DNA of 64,000 nt from the human T2T-CHM13v2.0 reference genome, Homo sapiens: the NCBI RefSeq assembly GCF_009914755.1, contig NC_060933.1; one strand, written 5' to 3'. Below are positions 25,692-53,589 of this stretch, one piece after another. The notes beneath the pieces were generated by a model. It saw nothing but the letters and a program-made list of their open reading frames with translations. It ran no database searches and was not told the origin of the DNA. The position numbers were made by a program, and so were the translations under genes. The number at the start of each line of letters is the position of its first letter. The stretch's first letter is position 1.

Positions 25692-26753
25692 ATTTTTGGT
25701 GGACCTTTTTATGGGGCTAAACGTCTGGTGTCTTGTGGCTACAGAAGACCAGTACTTGCTTGAGGAGGAGACCTGAGAGGTCAGCTGTTCTCAGGTGGAG
25801 TTTTGCCCGCATTCCCCTTTGTAGTTGCAGGCATCACCCCCATTGTCCCCACCCTTCTGTGTTTTCTGGGGTCAGTCTGCCAGCTGCTCAGCTGCAACTC
25901 CTTTATTTAAGTTTCTCCTTCCTCTACTCTGTGGGATAGGTTAGCTCTCCTCTACCTCTCTGTCTTCCTATTTGTGTTCTATTTAGGGATTTCACATGTC
26001 TTGGGGTTTATGTGTCTCTTTCCTGCTTTTCTTGTCTTTGATTGATTTTTGCTAAGAGAAGAGAGGATCAGAATCAATTTTTCTTTTTTTAAAATTACTT
26101 AAACATTTAATTTTTAATTACACAATATAATTTATAAAACATTTTGTAGAGATGGAGTCTCACTGTGTTGCCCAGGCCGATCTCCAACTGGGCTCAGGCG
26201 ATTCTCCCGCTTTGGCCTCTGAAAGTGTTAGGATCACAGGCGTGAACTGCTGTGGCTGGCCTGAGAAGCATTTTCCATAAATCTTGAGAAGCAGATTCTT
26301 CCGTAAACTAGAAGCACAGCTGTCCTATGAAAAGGGCTGCCTGTCTTCGGATCTTACTATGTCAGTTGTTGGTTGTGGTCGGAAGGTTCTGGAGTCATAG
26401 TAAGGGCCAGCAAGGGTGATGTTTGTGCCTCAGCTCTAATGTCGAAAAGAGCGTCTGTGGCTACCTTAGTTGCTGGAGATCCCACACGTGGCCAGAGCCA
26501 GAGGTGGGGCTAGAGCCCTGGTTTCCTTCTTCTGCTTCCTGTCATGTGCTGAAAGAGCTGTGTAGGTTTGACCACATTTTATTGAGTTTTTCTTTGAAAA
26601 TAATTTGGCTTATAAGAATCATGTTTTGGATTCTTTAGGAACTTTATTTTTTTTTTCAATCATTTCATTGGATTAAGCATGGTTGATGGATTACTTTATC
26701 CTAAGGTAAGTGGGCAGTTTGATTTTAAGTTGCTCACTCAGCAAACCAGGTAG

Positions 26754-27560
<807 letters not shown>

Positions 27561-28784
27561 TAGAAAGCATTACTTCCAGGACTGAGAATTCTCCTTTCTT
27601 ACTGTTTTGCTTCTCTTTAACTTTTAATATTTTCATGTATTAAAAAAAAATCTGATGATTTTGGATTTTGAAAAACAAAGCTAAAGTGGCTGCTATAACT
27701 CTTCAGAGGTAGCATTTCCTTTGAAATGGAGTCTCTTGGATAAGAGGCCACTTTCCCAGGAACATCACTGTGAGCTGCTGTTTCATTCTGGAAAAGCTTG
27801 TGGATTTCTTTCTGTATTCTAGTTGTAATAGGCTGGTTCTGATCACAGTATATTTAAGATGCTGTTTTGAGCACTTTCTGTTTATGCAGTGCAATTCTAG
27901 GTATTTGTAAGAGGACATACAAAGTTTTGAGATTGATCCCTGATGTTACAAAATTTAATAATAGAACAGAGCAAATATTACTGAGTAGGAAATGAGAGTC
28001 AGTTAAAAGTAAACAAGAAGAGGCTGCTGGATGGCCACAATTGCTGCGGCCACATGTGTGGGGAAAAGTTCCTTGAGGAAGATGAGTTAGTCTAGGTCTT
28101 TTTTTTCCTTTAACAGCTTCTTGTCCAACACATAGTCTAGGTCTTAAAGGATGTGAGACATGAATTGGCATGAGAAGGTGGACAAAGTGTACATTAACAA
28201 AAATTAGGCATTTTAGCAAATTTAGAAATCAAACCTAGAAACCTCAGGATGCCATATATTTGTCATCTGTTTTTTTCCTGATCCTCGTGAGTGTATGTGT
28301 TTTTATTTAAAATTGGTGGTAATCAGTGATTATGTGCCGTTGTACTTCCTCTGTCCCGTATTGTCTGACGTGCATTCGTATCTTCAGTGTTTTTGGTAGC
28401 TGCATGGTGTGTGACATAGAAAAGTCCCAGTTTCCTCGACTGTGATTTGGGTGAGGTCTGTATCCTTTGGTGCACAGTGGAATTACAAGGTCAGAAGGGG
28501 ATAGTGGCATGAGATGAAGCTGGAGAGGCAGGGCAAGGTTATCCAGGGCCTTGTTACCATGGTAACAAGTTGGGAAGTTTCATAACCACTGTAGACAGTC
28601 CTTGAAGATTTTAGGCATGGAATGATACTTTAAAAAGATGACCCTGGCTGCTGTGTGGAGAGCGGAAGTAGGGGGCCAGTGAGCAGGCTTGGCTTGAGTG
28701 GCATGGGTTAGTCATGATATAGGTGTTTAGATTTAATTTTTTGAGCATATAGGACAGTTACATGGTTCAAAATTGAAAAAGTAT

Positions 28785-29163
<379 letters not shown>

Positions 29164-29197
29164 TTACTGTGCATATTTCATGATGTTTATGAATATA

Positions 29198-29862
<665 letters not shown>

Positions 29863-30353
29863 GATGCAGTAGATGTTACTGTCCTGTCGAGGGGTTCGAT
29901 GACTTTACCATGTAGCTGGTATATGTTAGAGCTGGCTCTGCCCTGGGCTAGGATGGTGCAGTAGAATGGTGTTCGTTCCAGGGTTGGGGGAGGGTTGGGA
30001 AGGAATCACAGAAGGCACTTGAAAGGTGCAGGTGGGAGTAAGTCAACCTTTCAGCCCCAGTTCCCCTTGAAAATGCAGAGGCGAATGCATGAAGACGTAG
30101 TCTGAGTTGTGCTCTTTTTTTTGTTTTTGTTTTTGAGATGGGGTTTCACTGTGTTGCCCAGGTTGGTCTTAAACTCCTGGGCTCGAGCAGTCCTCCCGCC
30201 TCAGCCTCCCGAGTAGCTGGGATTACAGATGCGTGCCACCACACCTAGGTAATTTTTGTATTTTTGGTAGAGACAGGGTTTCACAATGTTACCCAGGCTG
30301 GTCTCGAGCTCTTGGACTCAAGCCATCTGCCTGCCTTGGCCTCCTACGGTGCT

Positions 30354-30441
30354 GGGATTACAGGCGTGAGCCACTGTGCCCAGCCTAGACCACTTTTTAG
30401 GGATTACAGGCGTGAGCCACTGTGCCCGGCCTAGACCACTT
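30354..30441 (+). repeat. 46-bp-period tandem duplication spanning an Alu end and its flank
   Basis: gggattacaggcgtgagccactgtgcccRgcctagaccactt x2. Confidence 0.9.
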
Positions 30442-30879
30442 CTTCAAGCATTTAATGACTGTTCCTTTGATCATATTCCTGGGTATAGCATCACACGGGG
30501 CAGGTTGCTAACCTAGGTGGGCTGATGGAGCTGTGGAGATCATGCTAATGATTCTCGTCCTTGCAATAAGGGCAGTAGGAGGGTTTCAAGGCAGGGAGTG
30601 ACCTCATCAGGTTTGCGTGTTAGGCTCTGGCTTCCTTCCTGGTCTTCCTGCTGCTGTGTGAAGAACGGATTGTAGACGGATGGCAGTGGAGGCAGCAAAC
30701 GCAGTCCTCAGGGAGTGGGTGGTCACCGGTTATGTGGCAGATGAGGAGGGCACAAGGATGACTTGTGGGACTAGGCCGGAGCCAAATGCTGGGTTCTCTG
30801 CTTGAACGGAAGGGTGGGTGGCCGTGCCATTCACCCGGACAGGGAAGGCATGCTCAGGTCAGCTCTGGGGTGGTTTATT

Positions 30880-31225
30880 CCAGGGGTGGCAAACTCTTTC
30901 TGAGCAGGCTGGATAGTATTTCAGACTCATGCACCAAGAAGCAAAATCAAGGATAACTCCACAAATTTTTGTTGACAAAGATCAAAATATAATTGACTAC
31001 TTTTTTTTTTTTTGTAATACAGATCTACTGATTAGAAGAACAGAATTTTTGGGGGGATAACATTTTGCTTAATTGGGGTTCAATGTTAATGTTCCCCATC
31101 ATAAAAATTACTGGAGCTGTTCATCTGTTAAGTGCTTACTGTGACACAGTTTTCTGTTTCATCTTTGAAAATGTCTTCACACCGATAGCTGTTGCCATAT
31201 TCCAGTATCAGTCCAGGAGCAGATG
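30880..31225. mobile_element. hAT-Charlie1/MER58-type fragment
   Basis: caggggtggcaaact terminus and Charlie1-like internal sequence. Confidence 0.5.
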
Positions 31226-31322
31226 ATTTATTTTTATTGAGATGTAATTCATTTACTATAAAATTCACATTTTAAAATGTGCACCTCAGTGGGGTTCTTT
31301 GGTATGTCTGGAGTGGTCCAAC

Positions 31323-31378
31323 CATTACCACTACTTCCAGATCATTCCGTCATTACCACTACTTCCAGATCATTCCGT
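31323..31378 (+). repeat. Perfect 28-bp tandem duplication
   Basis: cattaccactacttccagatcattccgt x2. Confidence 0.95.
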
Positions 31379-32406
31379 CACCCCAAAAAGAAACCTCATA
31401 CCCATTAGCAGGACTTCCCTAATCCTCCCTCCCCGACCCCCGACACTGCTCTACTTTTTTGCAAATATTTTTTCTCATTCTGTGGGCTGTCTTTTCACTT
31501 TCTAATTTTTTTTTTTTTTTTTGAGACAGTCTCGCTCTTGTCGCCTAGGCTGGAGTGCAATCTAGTCTCACTGCAACCTCCGCCTCCCGGGTTCAAGCGA
31601 TTCCCCTGCCTCAGCCTCCTGAGAAGCTGGGATTACAGGTGCGCACCAGCACGCCGGCTTATTTTTGTATTTTTAGTAGAGTCAGGGTTTCACCATGTTG
31701 TTCAGGCTGGTCTTGAACTCCTGACTTCAAGTGATCCACCTGCCTCGGCCTCTCAAAGTGCTGGGATTATAGGCATGAGCCACTGTGCCCGGCCTAATTT
31801 TTATTTTCTTGATGCCTTCCTTTGAAGCACAGATGTTTTTAATTTTTGATGAAATCCACCTTCTTGTTTTCCAGTTGGTTTCTTTGCTTTTGTTGTCGTG
31901 TCTGATTGCCCAATCCAAACCAGGGAGTTTATGTTTCCTTGGAAAATTTGCATAGTTTTAGCTCTTACATTTAAGTCTTTGATCCGTTTTGACTTAATTT
32001 TTGTATATGATGTTAGGTAGGATCCAGGCTTCATTCTTTTCATGTACAGTTGGCTCAGCAGCGTTTGTTGAAAAGACCATGCTTTCCCCATTGAATTGCC
32101 TGGCCATCGTTTTTGAAAATCAGTTGAACATAAATGTGATGGTTAATTTCTGGGTTCTCAGTTCTATTCCGTTGATGTATATGTCTGTCCTAATGCGAGC
32201 ATTGTTGCAGCAGTGTAATAAGTTTTGTAATGAGGAAATGTGAGTCCTTCAACTTTGTCTTTTTCATGATTGGGTCCCTTGCATTTTCTTTCATTTCTTT
32301 TCTTTTCTTTTCTTTTCTTTTTTTTCAAGATTGGGTCCCTTGCTTGCTTGCTTGCTTGCTTTTTCTTTCTTTTCTTTCTTTCTTCTTTCTTTTTTTTTTT
32401 TTTTGA

Positions 32407-32547
<141 letters not shown>

Positions 32548-32879
32548 TAATTTTTTTTTTTTTTTTTTTTTTTTTGTATTTTTAGTAGAGATGGGGTTTC
32601 ACCATATTAGCCAGGATGGTCTCGATCTCCTGACCTCGTGATCCGCCGGCCTCGGCCTCCCAAAGTGCTGGGATTACAGGTGTGAGCCACTGCGCCCGGC
32701 TGTCACTTGGATTTTCGTATGAGTTTTAGGATCTTGTTGTCAATATCTGCAAAAAAGCCTTTCAGGATCTTGAAAGGGATTGTGTTGAATATGTAGATCA
32801 GTTTAGGATATCGCCATCTTAATAGCAAGTCTTCCAATTGGGGAACACCGGATGCTTGTCCATTTATTTAGGTCTTCTA

Positions 32880-33901
<1,022 letters not shown>

Positions 33902-34810
33902 ACATTTCATTTTTAGATTGCAATTGTATAGACATAAAATTGATTTTTATATATTGGATCTTGTATCCTGCAACTTTGCTGAATTTTTTTTGGTGTGGAT
34001 TCCTTGGGATTTTCTATATATAGGATTATGTCATTTGGGAATAGAGTTGTAGTTCTTCCTTTTAAATCTGGACACTTTTTTGTCCTTCCCTAATTGCCCT
34101 GGCTAGTAAAATGTTGAATAGAAGTGGTGAAAGCTGACATTCCCATCTTCATTCCTGTTTTTAGAGGAAAGCTTTTAGTTTTTCACCATTAGGTATGATA
34201 TTAGCTATGAGTTTTTCCATAGATGCCCTTTACTAGATTGAGGAATTCCCTTTTATTTCTAGCTTGTTGAGTGTTTTCATTATAAAGGGGTTTTGGATTT
34301 TGTCAAATGTTTGTCTCTATCTGTTGACATGATTATGTAGTTTTTTTCCTTTATTGATATGGTGTCTTACATAGATTTTCATATGCTCAACCAGCCCTGC
34401 GTTTCTGCCCTAAATCCATTTGGGTATGTTATCTAATCCTTTTTAAATCTTGTTGAGTTTGATTTGCTAGTATTTTGTTGGGGATTGTTGCATCTTTGTT
34501 CATAAGTGGTATTATGTTGGTCTGTAGGTACCTCTTTTTAAAAAAAATTTATTATTTTTTTTTGAGACAGTTTCACTCTTTTTTTTTTTTTTTTTTTGAG
34601 ACAGAGTTTCGCTCTGTCGCCCAGGCTGGAGTGCAGTGGCGCGATGTCAGCTCACTGCAAGCTCTGCCTCCTGGGTTCACGCCATTCTCCCGCCTCAGCC
34701 TCCTGAGTGGCTGGGACTACAGGCACCTGCTACCACGCCTGGCTATTTTTTTGTATTTTTAGTAGAGATGGGATTTCACTGTGTTAGTCAGGATGGTCTC
34801 GATCTCCTGA

Positions 34811-35035
<225 letters not shown>

Positions 35036-35768
35036 TAGTAGAGATGGGATTTTGCCATGTTGGCCAGGCTCGTCTTGAACTCCTGACCTCAGGTGATCCG
35101 CCTGCCTTGGCCTCCCAAAATGCTGGGATTACAGGTGTGAGCCACTGCACCTGGCCTAAAAAAATTTTTTAATTTTATTTTAGATAGGTGGTCTTGCTCT
35201 GTGGCCCTGCTGGAGTGCAGTGGTGCCATCATGGCTCACTTCAGTCTTGAACTCCTGAGCTCAAGTGATCCTCCTACTTCAGCCTCCTGAGTAGCTGGGA
35301 CTACAGGCAAGTGCCTGTCGTTTTCTGTGTGTTATCTTTGTGTATTTGGTGCAAAGGTAATACTGGCTTCGTAGAATGAGTTGGGAAGTGTATTTCCCTC
35401 TTCCGTTTTTGGGAAGAGTTTGTGAAGCACTGGTTATCACGCCTTTAAATGTTTGGTATAATTCACCTGCGAAGCCATCTGGATCTTGGCTTTTCTTTGT
35501 TGGAAGCTTTAAAAATTATTAATTTCCTTATTTGTTCTAGGTGTGTAGGTTTTCTGTTTATTCCTGAGTTATCTTTGTTGTTGTGGGTCTTTCTGAGAAT
35601 TTGTTCATGGCATCCAGGTTATCTAGTTTCCGGTATGCAGTTGCTCGTATGTTCCCTGTGACCATTTTTATTTCTGTCAGGGCTTGTGTTCCCCTTTGAC
35701 GCTAATAAATTTTGGTAAGTGGGGTCATTTTTCTCTTTTTCTTGGTCATTCTAGCTAAAGTTTTGTGA

Positions 35769-35972
<204 letters not shown>

Positions 35973-36259
35973 TAGGAGACGGAGTTTCACCATGTTGGCT
36001 GTGCTGGTCTCGCGCTCCTGACCTCAGGTGATCCACCCACCTCAGCCTCCCAAGTAGCTGAGATTACAGGCACCCGCCACCACGCCCGGCTAATTTTTGT
36101 ATTTTTAGTAGAGATGATGTCTCACCATGTTGGCCGAGGTGGTCTCAAACTCCTGACTTCAAATGATCCACCCGCCTTGGCCTCCCAAAGTGTTGGGATT
36201 GCAGGCATGAGCCACTGCACCCGGCCTAGTTTTTTACTAGTTTCTTAATGCTTTTAGCT

Positions 36260-36690
36260 ATGTTATAGAATAAATTGCATTCCCCTAAAAAATATGTTGA
36301 AGTCCTAAACCCCATACTTCAGAATTTGACCTTATTTGGAAATAGGGTCATTGCAGATTAGTTAAGATGAAATCATAGTTGAGTAGGGTAGGCCTCTAAT
36401 CCAGTATGACTTACGTGTCCTCATAAAAAAAAAAGGATGCCTTGTGAACACAGACATGCACAGAAGGAAGACAGCATGCGGACACACAGGGAGAAGTGGC
36501 GCATGACTGGGGTGATGCTTCCATAAGCCAAGGAGTGTCAGGGACGGCCAGCAGACCCCAGAGCCTGGCCGAGGCAGGGGATGGCACTCCAAAGCCATTA
36601 CAGACCACAAGGCCTACTGACACCTTCATTGTGGACTTCCAGCCTTCAGAACTTCGAGACCATACATTTCTATTGTTACATGTGTCCTAG
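36260..36690 (+). mobile_element. MLT1B/C MaLR LTR
   Basis: tgttatagaataaattg...gaccttatttggaaatagggtcattgcaga...gacttccagccttcagaact. Confidence 0.8.
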
Positions 36691-37620
36691 GAAAAAACAG
36701 GCTGCTTCCTATAAATGTTGATATGTTGTATTTTCATTTTTATTCAGTTCAGAATATTTTCTATTTTCCCTTGTGACTTTAGAAGTGTGTCATTTAATTT
36801 CTAAATATTTAGGTATTTCCTGGATTTCTTTGTTTTGTTGATTTCTAATGTAATTCCTGTATGGTCAGAATTATACTTTGTATAGTTTCAGTGTGTTTAA
36901 TTTGTTAGATTAAAAAAAAAATCCCGTATTATATTCTGTCCTGGGGAATGTTTCATCAGTGCTTGAAAATAATGTGCATTATGAATTTATTAGGTGGAAT
37001 GTTCCCTATATGTCAGATTGAATTGGTTGATAGTATTAAGTCTTCCTTATTCTTTCTCATTTTCTTTCTAGTTCTATTAGTTATTGAGAGTAGAGTATGA
37101 GATCTACAGTACTGTCGAATTTTACATTTTCACTTTCAGTTCTGTTGGTTTTTGCCTCGTGTTTTGAGACTATGTTATCTTGCGTGTGTTTATAGTTGTT
37201 ACATCTGCCTGGGTGTTTTGACACTTCTCTCATTATGAAATGTCCCTCTTTGTCTCTATAAATGTTTTTGTTTTAAAGTCTATTTTGTCTGATGTCAGTA
37301 TAGCCACTTCAGTTTTTTTATGGTTTATTTTTGCATACTATATCTTTTTCTGGCCTTTTAATCTCTTTGTATCTTCAATCGAAGGGATGTCTCTTACAGT
37401 CCTTTCCATCTGAGATCGGATCTTGTAGATTCAGCAGTTGAATCATATATATGTATTTTTCTTACCTGATAGAAGAGATTTTATTTTTAAAGTGTCACCT
37501 TAGACTGCAAGGATGTCTGTTGTACCTCCCCATTAATCAGCCAGAGGAGGAGCTGTGATATCAGAATGCCCACTCAACCCACCAGACATTTGAGACCCAC
37601 CCTTTGCTGGCCTTCTGTAA

Positions 37621-38258
<638 letters not shown>

Positions 38259-38274
38259 TGAAATTTTCTTTTTT

Positions 38275-39500
<1,226 letters not shown>

Positions 39501-39503
39501 TAA

Positions 39504-41620
<2,117 letters not shown>

Positions 41621-41809
41621 TCTTCTCACCCCTGTCTGACGTGTCATTGCGTGGTAAACAGAGCTTTGCCATACAATTGCAGTTGCAGTGTGGATTAAAG
41701 GGACAGCACTTGAGGGCCGCTCCTCCCTTCTTGTTTTGACGATGGGTGTGAGCTGTCTTGGTAAGTGGCAGTAGCAGTACGGTGACCAGGTGGCACTCGG
41801 CACGGCTGA

Positions 41810-42417
<608 letters not shown>

Positions 42418-42513
42418 TTGAGATCTAGTCATTGTTTCCAAAGCACCTTGTCTTTTGATGTAACATTTATTTTGTGTTTTAATTATTGGTCTTTTGGTTG
42501 TCTCAATTGCTAG

Positions 42514-42858
<345 letters not shown>

Positions 42859-43419
42859 TAGCTGTATTAGTTCCCCAACCCACTGAATGTTGCCTGGCAC
42901 ACTTCAGGGCCTTGATAGATTGTTGTGTAACCTGATACAAAAGGAGAAAGGGCCGGAATTGGCTTGCGCCTTTATTGATTTACATATGTTTTTGTGGCCC
43001 AGGGTGAATATTTTTGGAATTAACTGACTTCTCAGTGTAGACAGGAACCATTTATCCATTCATGTGTTCCTTAATTTGTTGATTTTTGTAACAAGTACTT
43101 ACTGCCTTCGTGTGCCAGCTTCTGCACTGGGAGCCACATGAGAATGCACATGGCGTCTGCCTTGTACTTACAGAAGCCCTTGTGTCCTAGTTTTGAGAAA
43201 GACAAACAATTACACACTTTGGTAATTGCTATTAAAAGAGATAAACAGGGTGTGATAGAAGCAGCGAAGAGGGGCCTCCTGTAGGTGGTTAAAGGAAGGC
43301 TGTCTGTGTTTCCATCTCTGCTGCAGACTGATACACAAGTGTCTTTTTCACTCGATTCCAAATGGAATCTTAGAGAAGGGTTGGCTTTTGTACTTGCAGC
43401 GCTGAGTGGAGAGGTGGCT

Positions 43420-44020
<601 letters not shown>

Positions 44021-44479
44021 TACCTGGCCTGAGGAACATTTCAAGTTTGTGCTGCGGGCAAGAATCCTGTGACCACGGGGAGAGGACGAGGGACTCATTC
44101 TCTGGACAATGGGCTGGAAAGTAAGAGGGCTGAATGGGAGCCCCGAGGAGTGCTCCCGTTTTGTGGGAGAGAGGAGCTAGTCAGCAGGTGGAAAGCAGCC
44201 TTGGCTGCCCAACCCTGGAGCCTGGGGGAGGCCCCCGAGCGTGTGGGCTGGGGTGGTCTGGGGTGGTCTGGGGGAGGCCCACGTGCATGTGGGCTGGGGT
44301 GGCCTGGGGGAGGTGTGGCGCAGTTCTGTTGTTTTCACATCTCGCAAGGCACGTGTGTTGTCATGAGCTCTGGCCGAATTGGAGGCTGGGTTTGATCCCC
44401 TCACTGCCGCAAATCTTGTAACGTTGGATGTCTTAACTGATTTTCAGCTTTAACATTATCTCCTACTGTCTTTGAAAAC

Positions 44480-45010
44480 ACGGCTATTCATGTTCAGCTT
44501 CTTCCTTACCTTTCTGTACCTTAAATTCCAGTCCCTCAGGTTTCCTTCTGCCTGTGCTGTTTCCAGTCCCCACGTGGCTGAGCCCGCTGCAGCAGGCTTT
44601 GGTCTCCACTACTCCTCAGATGCCCTTTTGGTTATGGTCACCATTGACCTAGACATTGTCATTGGTTAGTTCTCAGCCTTCGTCTTACTGGTTCTTTCAC
44701 CAGCATTTGTTATCATAATTCAAGCAAAAAAAACCTGGGATTAGTTGTCTCCGTTTGGCTTCTAGAACACTGCACTCTTCTGGTTTCCTGCCGCCTCCTT
44801 CTTCCCAGTCCTGTTTGGAGGACCCGCCTCTTAAGCCTGACTTCTAAATATTGACGTGCCCGAAGTCCCAGGCTGGTCCTCGTGTTGTGTGTGTCCTTAT
44901 TCCCTGAGCTATCCAGTCCTCTGTTGACCCCAGGCTCGTGCCCCAGGCTGACCTCTTTGCTGTGGCTCCAGGTTGACTCCATGTTGACTGCATGGAAAAC
45001 TGATAGGCAC
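44480..45010 (+). mobile_element. L2 fragment
   Basis: tccactactcctcagatgcc...gttctcagccttcgtcttact...cagcatttg...ggctggtcctc pattern. Confidence 0.55.
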
Positions 45011-45381
45011 CTTCTGCCCAGCATGAAACGCAGCTCTCTTGGTCTGCCTCTCGCCCCGCAGCGCTAGACACCATCTGTAGAATGGCATTTCCCAGGAGAC
45101 GCTGTCGGCTCTACCTTTATGACACAGCTTCTGCACTCCATGGCTGTAATGGGGTCCCAGCTTCTTCTCCCTGCTTTTTGGTGGCCCCTGTGCTCTCTGC
45201 TCAGGGGCAGCAGTCTTTGCCAGGCGTTGCTGCTCTGCACGCAGACTTCCTGTGCCTTCTGGGCTCTGCTCTTGCCTTTTTTTTTTTTTTTTTTGAGATG
45301 GAGTCTTGCTTTGTCACCCAGGCTGGAGTGCAGTGGTGCAATCTTGGCTTACTGAAACCTCCGCCTCCCAGGTTCCAGTGA

Positions 45382-45696
<315 letters not shown>

Positions 45697-46737
45697 TGAC
45701 ACTTTTCTCAAGGAAGAGCTTTCTTTCCCCTTTCATATTTTTTTGGCATTACTATAGAATGGCTCCTGAGGTAATGAATTTGTACTTATTAAATGTGTTA
45801 AAATCTATTTTCACCATTTGTCCTTTTGAAACTCAAATTATTCCAATATGGCCAGTGAGAGCCCTTCAAGCAATATTCTGTTTGGGACAGCAAAATCGTA
45901 AGAGACCATATTGTATAATCTTCAGCAATTAAATCTGAACACCTAGATGAAATGAACTATACCTGGAAAACCCAAAAGAGTCAATGTTAAAACACAGACA
46001 GTGAAATTCAGTAAAGGAACTGGATATAAAATTGATACATTAAGTCAGTAGCCAGCTGGGTTGTGGTGGTTCACGCCTGTAATCCCAGTACTTTGGGAGG
46101 CTGAGGTGGGAGGACTGCTTGGGCCCAGAAGTTTCAGACCAGCCTGGGCAACATAGAGAGACTCCTTCTCTCCAAAAAAAAAAAAAAAAAATAGTTGGGC
46201 ATGGTGCCTCATGCCTGTGGTCCCAGCTACTTGGGAGGCTGAGGCGGGAGTGTCATCAAGAGGTTGAGGTTGCAGTGAACTGTGATCACAACACTGCACT
46301 CTAGCCAGGGCATTCGAGCACTTGGAACAGAAGACTTGAACTCTGGAAATACATTTGTTGTTCTTGGACATCATAAACATGTTAGTTCTCCCAAGTTAAT
46401 GCAAAAACTTATCCTTTATGTCTGTAAAAATGCCAACAAGGAATCATTCTTAGTCCTGCCTTCCCCTCTCAAATTCAGCTGGTTCATCAGAAGATCCCAT
46501 CAGCCTCATCCTCAGGGTGCATCCCGTTTCCCTGACTTCTCTCCCTATCATGGCATCACTGTTGGGCCCAAGCCACCACAGTGCCCTGCTTGGATTATAG
46601 TAGTCACCCTTTAGCTGGTCTTCCTAGTTTTTCTGCTTATGAGCTGTACCATCTTATCCATTTGCCACCCAAAAAGCCAGAGACTGATCCTGGTTGTCGT
46701 ATCGTGCTTGAGCTTCATCACTGGGGAAACTGGGCAT

Positions 46738-47592
<855 letters not shown>

Positions 47593-47659
47593 AATGCTCT
47601 GGGCAAAGTGTACACGGAGTCTCTGTGTTACTTCTTACAATTGCATGTCAAGCTACAGT

Positions 47660-51153
<3,494 letters not shown>

Positions 51154-51229
51154 TAAAGCACCTAAGACAGTGCTTGGCACACGGGAAGACTAAGGGCTTG
51201 ATTTTCTCTTTCTTTTTTTTTTCTTTTGA

Positions 51230-51388
<159 letters not shown>

Positions 51389-52585
51389 TAGTAGAGATGG
51401 GGTTACTCCATGTTGCCCACGCTGGTCTTGAACTCCCGACCCTGATCCGCCTGCCTCGGCCTCCCAAAGTCCTGGGATTACAGGCGTTAGCCACTGCCCC
51501 TGGCCGATTTTCTCATTTTCACTGGTGCATAAAATAAGCAAAGTGATTTTCAACAAGTCAGACAATGCCAGTACTGGAACTTCTCCTCCTTGATGCATTT
51601 CTCAGAAGGTATCCCCATTGCTGAGAAACACTTCCCTGTGCTTTTTGTATATGGTATGAAGCAGGGGTCCATCTTCACGCTTTCGCATATGGCTCTCCCG
51701 GTGTCCTAGCACTGTTTGCTGAAAAGATTCTCCTTTTATTGAATAGTCTTCATGGCTTCATTGAAAAATTAATTGACCATAGGCTGGGCGCGGTGGCTCA
51801 CGCCTGTAATCCCAGCACTTTGGGAGGCTGAGGTCAGGAGTGCGAGACCAGCTTGGCCAACATGGCGAAACCCCATCTCTACTGAAAATACAAAAATTAG
51901 CCTGATGTGGTGGTGGGTGCCTGTAGTCCCAGCTGTTCAAGAGGCTGAGGCAGAAGTATCGCTTGGACGTGGGAGATGGAGGTTGCCGTGAGCTGAGTTT
52001 ACACCACTGCACTCCAGCCTGGGCGACAGAGCGAGGAGACCCCACCCCCCACCCCTTACCACCTCCCCCCCACCAAAAAAAAAAGAGAAAAATTAATTGA
52101 CCATAAATATGTGAGTCTGTTTCTGAACTTTCAGTTCTCTTCCATTGATCAGATGTTGTTCCTTAGGCCAGTATCACAGTGTCTTGATGACTTTACCTTT
52201 GTTGTAAGTTTTGAAATGGAGAGGTTTGAGTCCTCCAAGTTTGTTCTTCTTTTTCCAGATTGTTTTGGCTATTCTGGGTCTCTTAAGTTTCCATATGAAT
52301 TTTAGGTCATCCTGTTAGTTTCTGCACAGAAGCCAGCTGGGGCCCAGTGAGGTGGGCCAGACTGGAGAGGGTGGCTGGGGAGGCAGTACATGCCTGAAGG
52401 CTTGAGTAAAGGCTGGGCCTGCCATGCCCCAGAACATGGCATTATCTGGACAGACACCAGGAGAAGCACGTTAGAGCTGAACAGGGAAGTGAACAGTGCA
52501 CATGGTTCTGAGCCCACAGGGTGGTCAGAGTTTGGGCCAGGTGGTGGGGTACAGCCAAGCTGGGATGCTGATGCCTATGGCTTAG

Positions 52586-53164
<579 letters not shown>

Positions 53165-53251
53165 TAGGTGTCACTCAGTGCTGTTGAAGAATGAATGAAT
53201 GAGTTCACAATAATTACCATTTACATGAAGATGCTAATAGTGTTTTTTATG

Positions 53252-53589
53252 CAGGGGTCCCCAAACTCCAGGCTGTGGAGTGCTGGTCAGTGGCCCATTA
53301 GGAACTGGGCCACCCAGCAGGACTTGAGCGGCAGGCTTTGAGTTGAGCATCCCTGCCTGAGTTCTGCCTCTGCCAGATCAGCAGTGGGATTAGACTCTCA
53401 TAGGAGCGAGGACCCTGTTGTGAACTGCACATGCGAGTGATCTGGGTCGCGTGCTCCTTATGAGAATCTAGCGTCTGAAGATCTGAGGTGGAACAGTTTC
53501 TTCCTGAGCTACCCTCCTCACCTTTTGTCCATGGAAACATCGTCTTCCATGAAATGAGTCCCTGGTGCCAAAAAGGTTGGGGACCACTG
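53252..53589 (+). mobile_element. MER1B hAT-Charlie element, full length
   Basis: 338 bp, caggggtccccaa ... aaaaaggttggggaccactg terminal inverted repeats. Confidence 0.88.
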
